From: an uncultured delta proteobacterium
GTDB taxonomy: Bacteria > Desulfobacterota > Syntrophia > Syntrophales > UBA2192
Assembly: GCA_963828305.1 (NCBI GenBank)
Contig: CAWHEJ010000012.1
Coordinates: 117,129 to 181,128, forward strand
Reading direction: 5' to 3'
Length of the DNA: 64,000 nt
Positions 21,564-31,043 of this stretch are shown here, one piece after another. Position 1 is the first letter of the stretch. Every line of letters begins with the position of its first letter. The translations under genes were made by a program, and so were the position numbers. A model generated the notes under the pieces. The model made no database searches, was not told the DNA's origin, and was given only the letters and a program-made list of their open reading frames with translations.

Positions 21564-21598
21564 CCACAAGCCGCAAGCCGCAAGCCACAAGCCACAAG
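21564..21598. repeat. tandem heptamer array CCRCAAG x5
   Basis: ccacaag ccgcaag ccgcaag ccacaag ccacaag lies 6 nt after the DUF493 stop codon. Confidence 0.7.
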
Positions 21599-21667
21599 TT
21601 AAAAGAAGAGGCCCCGACTGATGTCCGGCAGGGGCCTTTTTCCGCACACTTCCATTCGATTCGTCAC

Positions 21668-22714
21668 TCACTGAAAATAGTAGGTGCCGCCGTGGGGGAC
21701 GAGGGGTGTTTGCTCTGCCGTCAGGCCCATCATCCCGGCCGCCTTCCGGAAGTCCTTCGGCGGGAGATTCATCGGTTCGTCGGTGAGGTCGAAGACGCCC
21801 CACTGCTGGGGGATGAGAACCTTTGCGCGGAGGTCTTTGAAGGCCTTCAAGGCCTCGCTGGGGTCCATGTGGTAGACGGACATGAACCACCTGGGCTCGT
21901 AGGACCCTATCGGAAGAAGGGCGGCGTCCATGGGGCCGAACTTTTGGCCATACTCGGCAAAGCCCGGGAAATAGCCCGAATCGCCGGCGAAGTAGATCTT
22001 GCGACTGGCCGACTCGATCAGCCAGGAGCCCCAAAGCGAACGGTTCGTGTTGAAGGGAGTTCGCTTCGTCCAGTGCTGGACGGGCAGCAACCGGTAGGTC
22101 ACGCCGTGAAGCGTGTATTTCTGGAACCAGTCCAGTTCGATGACTCTTGCCCCGGGAAGAATGTCCTCGAACCACTCCCGGTAGCCCAGCGGTGTCAGGT
22201 AAAGGGGCCCCGTACCGAGTTTGCGGAGGCTGTCCTTGTCGAGATGGTCATAATGGTTGTGGGAAATGAGGACGACCTGCATGGGGGCCAGTTCCCCGGG
22301 CGGCAGGGGAAACGGGGCATGGCGGCCGATGAACCAGACGATGTCGCCGAAGACGGGGTCCGTTATGATGTTCTGGCCGTTGACCCGTATCCAGAGGGTT
22401 GCATGCCCGAGATAGGTGACGGAGTCTTCCCCCTGCACGATGGCCTTCACATCGGGCCTGGTCACCGAAAAGTACGGCTTCTGCTTTTTTTCTTTCCGGT
22501 AGGGGTTGGGGCTGACCTTCCACTCGAGAAGCCGCATCGTGCTGCCCGCCCGCTCGTCGGATATCCAGGGGTTGCGAAAGCCCGGGTTTGTGTGATGGGC
22601 CCTCTCCCGGGCCAGCGTCTCGATGTCCTTCACCTGCCCCCAGGCCGGAGCGGGGCCGGCAAAAACGGCCGTCAGGAAAGCAATAAAAAAGATCAGATTC
22701 GACAACGCCTGCAT
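21668..22714 (-). CDS. secreted MBL-fold metallo-hydrolase (NAPE-PLD-like)
   Basis: Signal peptide MQALSNLIFFIAFLTAVFAGPAPAWG and metallo-beta-lactamase motif VLISHNHYDHLD. RBS GGAGGG upstream of 22714. Confidence 0.75.
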   Translation of the reverse strand: MQALSNLIFFIAFLTAVFAGPAPAWGQVKDIETLARERAHHTNPGFRNPWISDERAGSTMRLLEWKVSPNPYRKEKKQKPYFSVTRPDVKAIVQGEDSVTYLGHATLWIRVNGQNIITDPVFGDIVWFIGRHAPFPLPPGELAPMQVVLISHNHYDHLDKDSLRKLGTGPLYLTPLGYREWFEDILPGARVIELDWFQKYTLHGVTYRLLPVQHWTKRTPFNTNRSLWGSWLIESASRKIYFAGDSGYFPGFAEYGQKFGPMDAALLPIGSYEPRWFMSVYHMDPSEALKAFKDLRAKVLIPQQWGVFDLTDEPMNLPPKDFRKAAGMMGLTAEQTPLVPHGGTYYFQ

Positions 22715-22875
22715 ATTCTCCCTTCCGTCTGGCCTTCGAAGGCCCGCCTGCCGGCCAGCCAACGGCTAGCGCAATACATATAATCATGAGGACCTGACAA
22801 TCAACAGAAATCTTGCCCCGCCGGCCGGGACGATCCCCCTATCTTTTTGCCCGGTTCTCCGGTAAAAAGGTCTCC

Positions 22876-23994
22876 ATGCGGCCAACCCTTGTCATTGCAG
22901 CCATCGCGCTGATCATTTTTGCCGGCGCAACCCCCGCGTCCGTCGTTTCCGGTGCCGAACCCAGTCTCGAAGTGAAGGCGGGGCAGATGATCATGGTGGG
23001 ATTCCGCGGGCTTTCCGTAACCGACGAACACCCTGTCGCCCGGGATATCCGGGAGCGGCGTATCGGCGGCGTGATCCTCTTTGATTACGACGTCCCCACG
23101 CGCACCTACGGGCGCAACATCGAATCGCCGAAGCAGCTGAGGGCCCTCACGGCCTTCCTGCAGAGCCGGACGGACATCCCCCTTTTCATCGCCGTCGACC
23201 AGGAGGGGGGCAGGATCAGCCGCCTCAAGGAGAAAAACGGATTTCCCCCGACCCTTTCCCAGAAACGGCTCGGTGCGCTTGACGACTTGAAGAAAACGGC
23301 GCGGCAGGCGGAGGTTACGGCAAAAACCCTGGCGGGGCTTGGCATCAACCTGAACTTCGTCCCCGTCGTGGACCTCGACCTGGACCCCGAAAACCCCATC
23401 ATCGGCAAGCTCGAGAGGAGCTTTTCCCGCAGCCCCGCCACGGTGACCCGCCATGCGGTGGCCGTCATCGACGCCCACCGGCGCAACGGGGTCCTGACGG
23501 CCCCGAAGCACTTCCCGGGGCACGGAAGCGCCGCGGGGGACACTCATGATGGGTTCGTCGACGTGACGGACCGATGGTCGGCCGTGGAACTCGAGCCTTT
23601 CCGCAGCCTGATCCGGCAGGACAAGGCCGACATGGTCATGACGGCCCATGTCTTCAACGGGAAGCTCGACCCCGCCTGGCCGGCAACCCTTTCGCGGAAA
23701 ACACTGACCGATCTTCTGCAACAGGAGATGGGGTTTACGGGCGTGGTGATCTCCGACGACATGCAGATGAGAGCCATAGCCGCCCGCTACGGCCTCGAGA
23801 CGGCCATCCGGCAGGCGATCCTCGCCGGCGTGGACATCCTGCTGTTTGCCAACAATTCCGTCTACGAAGAGGACATCGCCGCCCGGGTCGCGGCGATGAT
23901 CCGCACCCTCGTCGAGAAGGGCGAGATCCCCCGGGCGCGGATCGACGCCTCCTACGGGCGGATCATGAAACTCAAGGAACGACTGAAAAAATAA
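22876..23994 (+). CDS. nagZ: glycoside hydrolase family 3 beta-N-acetylhexosaminidase (NagZ-like), secreted
   Basis: Signal peptide plus GH3 N-domain motifs (GGVILF, KHFPGHG, ISDDMQM). Confidence 0.75.
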   Translation: MRPTLVIAAIALIIFAGATPASVVSGAEPSLEVKAGQMIMVGFRGLSVTDEHPVARDIRERRIGGVILFDYDVPTRTYGRNIESPKQLRALTAFLQSRTDIPLFIAVDQEGGRISRLKEKNGFPPTLSQKRLGALDDLKKTARQAEVTAKTLAGLGINLNFVPVVDLDLDPENPIIGKLERSFSRSPATVTRHAVAVIDAHRRNGVLTAPKHFPGHGSAAGDTHDGFVDVTDRWSAVELEPFRSLIRQDKADMVMTAHVFNGKLDPAWPATLSRKTLTDLLQQEMGFTGVVISDDMQMRAIAARYGLETAIRQAILAGVDILLFANNSVYEEDIAARVAAMIRTLVEKGEIPRARIDASYGRIMKLKERLKK

Positions 23995-24158
23995 CAAACC
24001 GCGCCGCAGATCGATTTCCCCCCTTGCGAAAAAAATTCGGCGTATTTCCTTGATCCGCAGAGGCCTGTCCATTACATTGAGCCATGCGGCCCGGCCCTTG
24101 CAAAGGGACGTCGATGATCTACTCTCGCAGGAAATTTGATCAGGGGCGGTGTCTCTTC

Positions 24159-25661
24159 ATGAAAAGAATCCCGGCTGTCTTCATTGCACTCCTGTTCCTC
24201 TTCGCCTTCTCGAACTTCAGTCCCGCAGCTGCCGAAACGGTCGATCTGACGATCCTTCACATCAACGACTTCCACGGCAACCTCCTTCCCAAGCCCGGCA
24301 AGGAAGGCAAGCCGGCAACGGGGGGCATGGCCTACCTCGCGAATATGGTCACTCAGGAGCGGGAGAAAAACCCTGACGGGACCCTCCTGCTGTCGGCGGG
24401 GGACATGTTTCAGGGAACGCCGATTTCCAACCTTTTCCGCGGAAAGCCCGTCATCGAGACCATGAACCGGATGCGGTTCGACGCCATGACCCTGGGCAAC
24501 CACGAGTTCGACTGGGGGATGGAGGCCTTCGGCGACCTGCGAAAAGCGGCGGCCTTTCCTTTCCTGTCGGCCAATATCGTCGACGAAAAAGGGGCGCTCC
24601 TGCCGGGGGTAAAGCCCTACGTCATCGTCCAGAGAAAGGGCCTGAAGGTGGCCATCATCGGCATTACGACGCCCGAGACGCACTACGCCACGAAATCGGG
24701 AAACCTCAAGGGTTACCGGGTGATCGCCGTCGAGAAGGTGCTCCCGGCACTCATTGAAAAAGTCAAAAAGGAAGGGGCCGGCCCCGTCGTCGTCCTGTCG
24801 CATATGGGTCTCGATGAAGACAAGGGGATGGCCTCGCGGATCAGCGGAATCGATCTGATCGTGGGCGGTCACAGCCACACGGAGGTAAAGACCCCGGTGG
24901 TGGTCGTCGGTGCCACGATCATCCAGGCAGGCTACTACGGCCAGCAGCTTGGGGTCATGAAGATCACCGCGGATACCGACACGAAGAAGATCATCCGGTA
25001 CAGCGAGCGCGGAATTCTGCGAAAGGTCAAAGCGGGCCCCCATGACGCCTATGACACCGCCGTGGCCGAGATCATCAAGAAATATGACGACCAGATCCGC
25101 GGGGAATTCGGCCGCGTCGTGGGCGAGACCCGTGTCGATCTCGCAAAGCGGCCCTTCGAGTCCAATCTCGGAAACCTCGTCTGCGATGCGATGCGCGAGT
25201 CGGCGGGGGCCGATGCGGCCATCCAGAACAACGGGGGGATCCGCACGACCATCCCGAAAGGGAAGATCACCCTGGAGCAGGTCTACATGCTGCTGCCCTT
25301 CGACAACAACCTCATGACCATGGATCTCACGGGCGCACAGATCGTCGACATCCTGGAGCAAAACGCGAAAACGGAGGGCATGCTGCAGGTCTCGGGCCTG
25401 AAGGTGGTCTACGACATGGCGGCAGCGGAAGGCTCGCGGGTCAAAGAGCTGGTCATCGGCGGCAGACCGGCGGACCGGTCGCGCAGCTACCGGGTGACCA
25501 CCAACGACTTCCTCGCCGCGGGCGGCGACCGTTTCGGGATGTTCCGGGACGGGAAAAACGCCGTGATCGGCGACAACGTGAGGGATGCCTTTCTGGATTA
25601 CCTCAAGAAACACTCCCCCGTTTACCCCCGGACCGAGGGAAGGATTGTGGTGACGCCATGA
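24159..25661 (+). CDS. bifunctional metallophosphatase/5'-nucleotidase (UshA-like), secreted
   Basis: Signal peptide. The ILHINDFHG metallophosphoesterase motif is followed by a 5'-nucleotidase C-terminal domain. Confidence 0.85.
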   Translation: MKRIPAVFIALLFLFAFSNFSPAAAETVDLTILHINDFHGNLLPKPGKEGKPATGGMAYLANMVTQEREKNPDGTLLLSAGDMFQGTPISNLFRGKPVIETMNRMRFDAMTLGNHEFDWGMEAFGDLRKAAAFPFLSANIVDEKGALLPGVKPYVIVQRKGLKVAIIGITTPETHYATKSGNLKGYRVIAVEKVLPALIEKVKKEGAGPVVVLSHMGLDEDKGMASRISGIDLIVGGHSHTEVKTPVVVVGATIIQAGYYGQQLGVMKITADTDTKKIIRYSERGILRKVKAGPHDAYDTAVAEIIKKYDDQIRGEFGRVVGETRVDLAKRPFESNLGNLVCDAMRESAGADAAIQNNGGIRTTIPKGKITLEQVYMLLPFDNNLMTMDLTGAQIVDILEQNAKTEGMLQVSGLKVVYDMAAAEGSRVKELVIGGRPADRSRSYRVTTNDFLAAGGDRFGMFRDGKNAVIGDNVRDAFLDYLKKHSPVYPRTEGRIVVTP

Positions 25662-25876
25662 GTGATGACAAGATGACCGTATTCGTAAACGGGCAGCAGG
25701 TGCTCCTTCACCGGGGCATGAAGGTCAAGCACGCCCTCATCGCCTGCGACCAGTCCCTCTGCGACGCCGCCGAGGCGGGAGATCTGGCCGTGCGCGATGT
25801 CGACGGCTTCAATGTCGGCCTCGAGGGGAGCCTGCGCGACGGGGCGAAACTTTTCACCGGCAAGCCCGACGAATAG
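25658..25876 (+). CDS. small hypothetical protein (72 aa), translationally coupled to the 5'-nucleotidase gene
   Basis: ATGA start/stop overlap with the upstream gene. No recognisable domain. Confidence 0.4.
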   Translation: MSDDKMTVFVNGQQVLLHRGMKVKHALIACDQSLCDAAEAGDLAVRDVDGFNVGLEGSLRDGAKLFTGKPDE

Positions 25877-25890
25877 AGCCTGACGGCTCC

Positions 25891-25926
25891 AGTGTCTGAG
25901 TGTCTGAGTGCTTGAGTGCGTAAGTG
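25891..25926. repeat. tandem octamer array (reverse orientation of the CACTCAGA family)
   Basis: agtgtctg agtgtctg agtgcttg agtgcgta agtg is the reverse complement of the CACTCAGA-type units. Confidence 0.65.
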
Positions 25927-26035
25927 ATTGAACGCTTCGAGATATTCTTCACTAAAGCACTATCGCACTTCTGCACTGCACCGCTTTTTGACCAGCCCAA
26001 AGAGGAATCCTCCTTATCGTGGCGGACGGGTGCCG

Positions 26036-27043
26036 ATGAAGAAGCTGTTTGACGTGATCATCATCGGGGCGGGGCCGGCGGGGATCGCTTGCGCACAGGC
26101 CCTCGCGGGCTCGAGCCTGAGCGTTCTCCTCGTCGAAAAAAATGAGACCGTCGGCCCCAAGATCTGTGCCGGCGGCCTGACCCGCATGGCCTTTGACTTC
26201 GGCATCCCCGAGGATCAGGCTCGCACGTTCCACATCCAAACGGTGCACATCAATGGGCGCCCGCCCTGCCGAATCGTCCTGACCAACCCCCTGAAAATGG
26301 TGGACAGAACCTCCCTGGGCCGATACCACCTGTCGAAAGTAGAAAACGCCCGCAACATCGAACTGCTCACCGGGGCAAAGCTCACGGCCGTGGATCAGGG
26401 CTCCATCGTGACGACGAAAGGGGCCTTCCGATACCGGCAACTCATTGCGGCCGACGGGTCCCTCTCCCCGGTTCGAAAACACCTCGGGCTGCCCTCCCAA
26501 TTCGGCGTCGGTCTCTACTACGAGGTGCCCCGGATTTCCGACGACGTCCTGTTTCACTTCAAGCCCGGGATCGTCCGCTCGGGCTATCTCTGGGTCTTTC
26601 CCCACCTGAAGCACACCAATATCGGGATCTGTTTCAATCCCGGCACGTTCACGGCCGGCCTGGCAAAAATCATTCTGCAGCAGTATATTCAGGAAAAGGG
26701 GTTTCAGCAGGAGGGCGCCCGCCTGAAGGGGGGCCTGATCAACCATCTCTATTGCGGTTTCCATTTCGGAAATATCTTCCTGGCCGGGGATGCGGCAGGG
26801 CTGGCCTCCCGGCCCTCGGGAGAGGGCATCCACTTTGCGCTCGCGAGCGGCCGCGAGATCGGCCGCAAGATCCTCGACCCGGGGTACGACATGAAGGAAT
26901 TCCGCACACTTCTCTCCCTGAAGCGCAGGCAGGAGGGCTATTCGCGGCTCTTCGAGAGCGTGCCCCGGTTGCAGAAGATATTCCTGGCAGGCTACTTCAG
27001 GATGATGAGGCAACCGTGGATGCAGGCCCACATGGGCTATTGA
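26036..27043 (+). CDS. geranylgeranyl reductase family FAD-dependent oxidoreductase
   Basis: DVIIIGAGPAGIACA dinucleotide fold, GDAAG motif, about 335 aa. Confidence 0.75.
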   Translation: MKKLFDVIIIGAGPAGIACAQALAGSSLSVLLVEKNETVGPKICAGGLTRMAFDFGIPEDQARTFHIQTVHINGRPPCRIVLTNPLKMVDRTSLGRYHLSKVENARNIELLTGAKLTAVDQGSIVTTKGAFRYRQLIAADGSLSPVRKHLGLPSQFGVGLYYEVPRISDDVLFHFKPGIVRSGYLWVFPHLKHTNIGICFNPGTFTAGLAKIILQQYIQEKGFQQEGARLKGGLINHLYCGFHFGNIFLAGDAAGLASRPSGEGIHFALASGREIGRKILDPGYDMKEFRTLLSLKRRQEGYSRLFESVPRLQKIFLAGYFRMMRQPWMQAHMGY

Positions 27044-27187
27044 CGACCCATGCCTTAGTCTTCCTCTCCCCTCCGGGGGAGAGGATAAGAGGTGAGGGGG
27101 ACTAATCCCCTTCCGCTTTTACCCTCATGCCAGCGGCAGTGGTCAGTGACCCGTGAAGAAAAAGGAAATCGCCCGGCAAAGTTCGTT

Positions 27188-27937
27188 ATGAGAGAATCGT
27201 CGGAAAGCAAAGTTCGCTACAATCCCGGCAACTTGGGCGATCTGCTCAAGCATGGCTGGCTTGTGGAGATCGTGCGGTTTCTCCGCCGGCTCAAAGGCGG
27301 GGAGCCCCTACACTATGCCGACACCTTTTGCGGCTTCGCGGAATATGACGTCGGCGATGAGGTGGCCCAGCGCATCCGCGACCGGTTCCATGTCCTGACC
27401 TTCCGGAGGCTGCAGGAACCCTTCCTCGACCGCGGGAAATATGCCGGGAGCGTCACCCTCGCGAGACTTGCCGCGGAGGGAAATCTCAGGGCCTCCATCT
27501 TCGACAACAACCCGGAAGCCCTGGCCAGCTTTCCCTCCGGCGAGGCGGAGATTCTGGAAATTCGTTCCGGCTGTGATATACTGGATTCAGCAGAACCCTA
27601 CGACCTGATTTTCCTCGACCCCTACGACGATATCCTGGATGTCTGCCAGACCGTTTTGGCAAAGAGCGCGGCCCGGCGCAGTCTCTCATCGGTTCTGATC
27701 TTCTTTCCCTTCCAGACGGAGGCGCAGGGCGATCTCCTGTCAACGGCCATCGACCGGCTTGGCGTCAACTGCCAGCTGGGGATCGTGATGAACCCCGGGA
27801 GCCTGCAGGACGGGCGGTGTCACTCCGCCGCAGTTTTCCTGCCGGTTTCTTCCCTGAACCTGGGCGCAGTGCTTGGCCTGTTCGGTGAGCTGAATATCGT
27901 CACGGCCCGGGTCAACTCCCTGGCCGCCGATCCCTGA
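27188..27937 (+). CDS. rlmJ: 23S rRNA (adenine-N6)-methyltransferase RlmJ-like (DUF519)
   Basis: YNPGNLGDLLKH, HYADTFCGFAEY, YAGSVTLARL, LIFLDPYDD and GIVMNP align with RlmJ motifs (HAGNHADVLKH, YLDTHAGAGRY, YPGSPLIA, LILIDPPYE, GMIVINPPW). Confidence 0.65.
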   Translation: MRESSESKVRYNPGNLGDLLKHGWLVEIVRFLRRLKGGEPLHYADTFCGFAEYDVGDEVAQRIRDRFHVLTFRRLQEPFLDRGKYAGSVTLARLAAEGNLRASIFDNNPEALASFPSGEAEILEIRSGCDILDSAEPYDLIFLDPYDDILDVCQTVLAKSAARRSLSSVLIFFPFQTEAQGDLLSTAIDRLGVNCQLGIVMNPGSLQDGRCHSAAVFLPVSSLNLGAVLGLFGELNIVTARVNSLAADP

Positions 27938-28007
27938 CCGGGGCACGGTCCCTGCAAAGAAGTCATCGGATGCACGCCATTGCGTGAATGTCGGCCTGGA
28001 GGACTGG

Positions 28008-29363
28008 ATGAAGGAATACGAAGTCATCATCGTCGGCGGCGGCCCCGCCGGGATCTTTGCGGCATTGACGCTGGCCGGGGGCGGCGCCAAAGACGTTCTG
28101 CTGCTCGAGCAGGGGAAAGGCAGCGGGGAGCGAAGCCGCCAGTGCGCAGGCGACATGCTCTGCGGCTGGGGCGGTGCCGGGGCCTACAGCGACGGCAAGC
28201 TGACCCTCTCCACGGAGGTGGGCGGCCACCTGGGAGAATTCCTCGACGACAACTCCCTCTTCGATCTTTTGACCGAGGCCGACGGGATCTACGTGGATCA
28301 CGGCGCCCCCGACAGGCTCTTCGGTGACATCTCCCCCGAGGTGGAGGAGCTGGGCGAGAAGGCGCGCCTTGCGGGCCTGGAGTTCATCCCGTCGCGGATC
28401 CGCCACATCGGCACGGAGAACTGCCTCGATGTGCTTGGCCGGATGCACGAATCACTCTCCGGGAAAATCGAGATCTGTACGGACTGCCGGGTCCAGTCCC
28501 TGCTGGCCCAGGAAGGGAAGATCATCGGCGTGAAGCTCGCCGACGGCGAGATCCGTTACGGTCGTCACGTGATCGTGGCGCCGGGCCGCTCGGGCGCCTC
28601 CTGGATGAAGGGCGAGGCAAAGAACCTCGGGCTCCGGACACAGTCGAGCGCCGTTGATATCGGTGTCCGTGTGGAACTGCCCGCGACGGTCCTCAAGCCG
28701 CTCACCGACGTGAGCTACGAATCCAAGCTTGTTTACTACTCGAAGAGTTTCGACGACCGGGTCCGCACCTTCTGCATGAATCCCTTCGGCGAGGTGGTGG
28801 CGGAGAGCAACGGCGGGCTCATCACCGTGAACGGCCACAGCTACGCATCGAAGAAGTCCGCCAACACCAACTTCGCCATCCTGGTGAGCAGCTCCTTCAC
28901 GGAGCCCTTCGACGACCCCATCGCCTACGGCCGCTACATCGCTCAGCTCGCCAATCTCCTGGGCCAGGGGGTCATCGTCCAGCGGCTGGGGGATCTGCTG
29001 CAGGGGCGGCGCTCCACGAAAGAGCGCATTGCCAAATGTCTCACGCGGCCCACGCTTGCCGACGCCACCCCGGGGGACCTCAGCTTCGTCTTCCCCTACC
29101 GGCATCTCAAAAACATCATCGAGATGCTGCAGGTCATGGACACCCTGGCACCGGGTGTCAACTCCCGCCACACGCTACTCTACGGCGTGGAGGTGAAGTT
29201 CTACTCGAACCGCATCGAGGTGTCGAACGAGCTCGAGACGAAGATCGCAAACCTCTTCGCCATCGGCGACGGGGCGGGAATCACACGGGGGCTCCTGCAG
29301 GCTTCGGCCAGCGGGATCCTCGCCGCGCGGGCAATCGCCGAGCGCCTCGGTCACGGCCACTAG
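28008..29363 (+). CDS. FAD-dependent protein (COG2509-like uncharacterised dehydrogenase)
   Basis: EVIIVGGGPAGIFAA Rossmann motif, 451 aa. RBS GGAGGA lies 6 nt upstream of 28008. Confidence 0.7.
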   Translation: MKEYEVIIVGGGPAGIFAALTLAGGGAKDVLLLEQGKGSGERSRQCAGDMLCGWGGAGAYSDGKLTLSTEVGGHLGEFLDDNSLFDLLTEADGIYVDHGAPDRLFGDISPEVEELGEKARLAGLEFIPSRIRHIGTENCLDVLGRMHESLSGKIEICTDCRVQSLLAQEGKIIGVKLADGEIRYGRHVIVAPGRSGASWMKGEAKNLGLRTQSSAVDIGVRVELPATVLKPLTDVSYESKLVYYSKSFDDRVRTFCMNPFGEVVAESNGGLITVNGHSYASKKSANTNFAILVSSSFTEPFDDPIAYGRYIAQLANLLGQGVIVQRLGDLLQGRRSTKERIAKCLTRPTLADATPGDLSFVFPYRHLKNIIEMLQVMDTLAPGVNSRHTLLYGVEVKFYSNRIEVSNELETKIANLFAIGDGAGITRGLLQASASGILAARAIAERLGHGH

Positions 29364-29467
29364 CGCCCGGCTGAATCACAACGTCCGGGAAAAATGAATC
29401 TGGAGAGGGTGTGCCGATGAGATGACTGGGAGCGCTGCTCGCCGTTGCGGGCCTCGCGAGTCTCTGG

Positions 29468-29722
29468 ATGGTTTTCCTGGCCCTCCGGGCGGGCGATATG
29501 AGCGGAGCCCTTCTCTTCTTCGGCTTCGCGATGTTGCTTGGCCTTATCGCCTTCGCCTTGATCAGGCAATGGGATACGGGATGCGCGAGCGATGCCGACG
29601 GGGAAAAATCCCCCCCGCCCGCCCCGGTCCGGTTTGTCCCGCACCGTTTCATGATGGCCGCGTTGATCCTGACCGCCCTGGCCGTCCTGGCGGCCATCGT
29701 AATCCCCTTCATTACGCGCTAG
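29468..29722 (+). CDS. small two-TM membrane protein, hypothetical
   Basis: Two hydrophobic helices. Weak support. Confidence 0.3.
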   Translation: MVFLALRAGDMSGALLFFGFAMLLGLIAFALIRQWDTGCASDADGEKSPPPAPVRFVPHRFMMAALILTALAVLAAIVIPFITR

Positions 29723-29887
29723 GCAGCCCGGTCCGAACACAGATCGGAAACGATCCCTTCGAAGAGATCCCCGACCGCCCTGCTGCCGTGCACGTTTAGT
29801 TTTTCTCTTTCTTTTCAAATGCTTCTTCGGTATGCTTTCCATCGAGGGCTGCAAAGGACAAACGACATCATCCAAGGAGGGGGAAAG

Positions 29888-30355
29888 ATGAAAAAAGTCG
29901 GGTTCACACTTGGGTTGGTTGTGGCATTTTGCCTGGTGTTCTCGTCGGCCTGGGCGGCAAGTCCGGACGACATCATAGGGAAATGGCTGAACGGGAAACA
30001 GACAGCCCACGTGGAGATCTACAAGGCCGACGGGAAGTACCACGGAAAGATCGTCTGGCTGAAGGAGCCCGTTTACCCCGCCGATGACAAGAAAGGCATG
30101 GCGGGAAAGCAGAAGGTGGACCGTGAAAACCCGGATGCTGCAAAGCGCAACCAACCCATCCTGGGCCTGGCCATTCTCCGGGATTTCGTTTTCGTGAAGG
30201 ACGGCCTCTGGGAAAACGGGATGATCTACGACCCGGAAAACGGCAAGGACTACAAGTGCAAGATGACCCTGGAATCACCGGACGTGCTCAATGTCCGCGG
30301 CTACATCGGCATCTCCCTTCTCGGCCGGACGGATACGTGGACGAGGGTTAAATAG
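29888..30355 (+). CDS. DUF2147 domain secreted protein
   Basis: Signal peptide plus the IIGKWLNGKQTAHVEIYKADGKYHGKIVW motif typical of DUF2147. RBS AGGAGG. Confidence 0.7.
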   Translation: MKKVGFTLGLVVAFCLVFSSAWAASPDDIIGKWLNGKQTAHVEIYKADGKYHGKIVWLKEPVYPADDKKGMAGKQKVDRENPDAAKRNQPILGLAILRDFVFVKDGLWENGMIYDPENGKDYKCKMTLESPDVLNVRGYIGISLLGRTDTWTRVK

Positions 30356-30361
30356 CACAGG

Positions 30362-30388
30362 ATCGAGGTTCGAGGAACGAGGTTAAGG
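30362..30388. repeat. tandem heptamer array CGAGGWW x3 (GGA-rich)
   Basis: cgaggtt cgaggaa cgaggtt aaggaaa. The core cgaggaacgagg also occurs at 57662. Confidence 0.55.
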
Positions 30389-30390
30389 AA

Positions 30391-30456
30391 AAAAGAAATC
30401 CCCCTTACATCCCCCTTTCATAAAGGGGGAAAAGAGGGGGATTTTTTATTGCCTGA
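30391..30456. repeat. 66-bp two-tier palindromic element, copy 1 (terminator-like hairpin plus T-run)
   Basis: aaaagaaatcccccttacatccccctttcataaagggggaaaagagggggattttttattgcctg has outer stem aaatccccct/agggggattt and inner stem cccccttt/aaaggggg. Confidence 0.8.
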
Positions 30457-31043
30457 ATCCCGAATCCTCACGCGCAAATGACAGACCGTGGGTGTCAACC
30501 CGGGCATTAACTTCTTCCTGCATCCGATAAACATCACTTTTCGCATTATGGCGGATTACAATCGGCAATACTGGCCGCTCCCTTCAATTTCCCCAAAAAA
30601 AAACACAAGATTCAGCTGAAAATGTCGAAAAGGATAGATGAAGACTTATCGTAATGGCCGCAATAGTCGAAGAGGTTGCCGAACTCATTCTCTGGCTGAT
30701 TTCGGCTTTCTCTCTGCCTAGACGGGCGAAATAGTCTTATTTGTCGTGACGCCAGGAAAACACAAACCAAGATGGGATCTTTATACGACATACTCTCCGG
30801 TCCGGTTTGGGCTCTTCTCAGACATCAGTTTTTGGATCGGCATGGCTTTCCGGGTTGTGATGCTTGTCGCGCTCTATGAGCGATTGCTTGAGTGATGGAA
30901 TAATACAGAGAACGTATAACCGGCACGTCCAGCGAAGCCGCGAGAGACGCGTCTCGGTGACGCCGGTGTTGGGCTTTCAATCTCGCTGGAGCAAGTACTC
31001 TAAGCCCAAAGGGCATTGAGAATACACAAGAAGGAGAACTACA

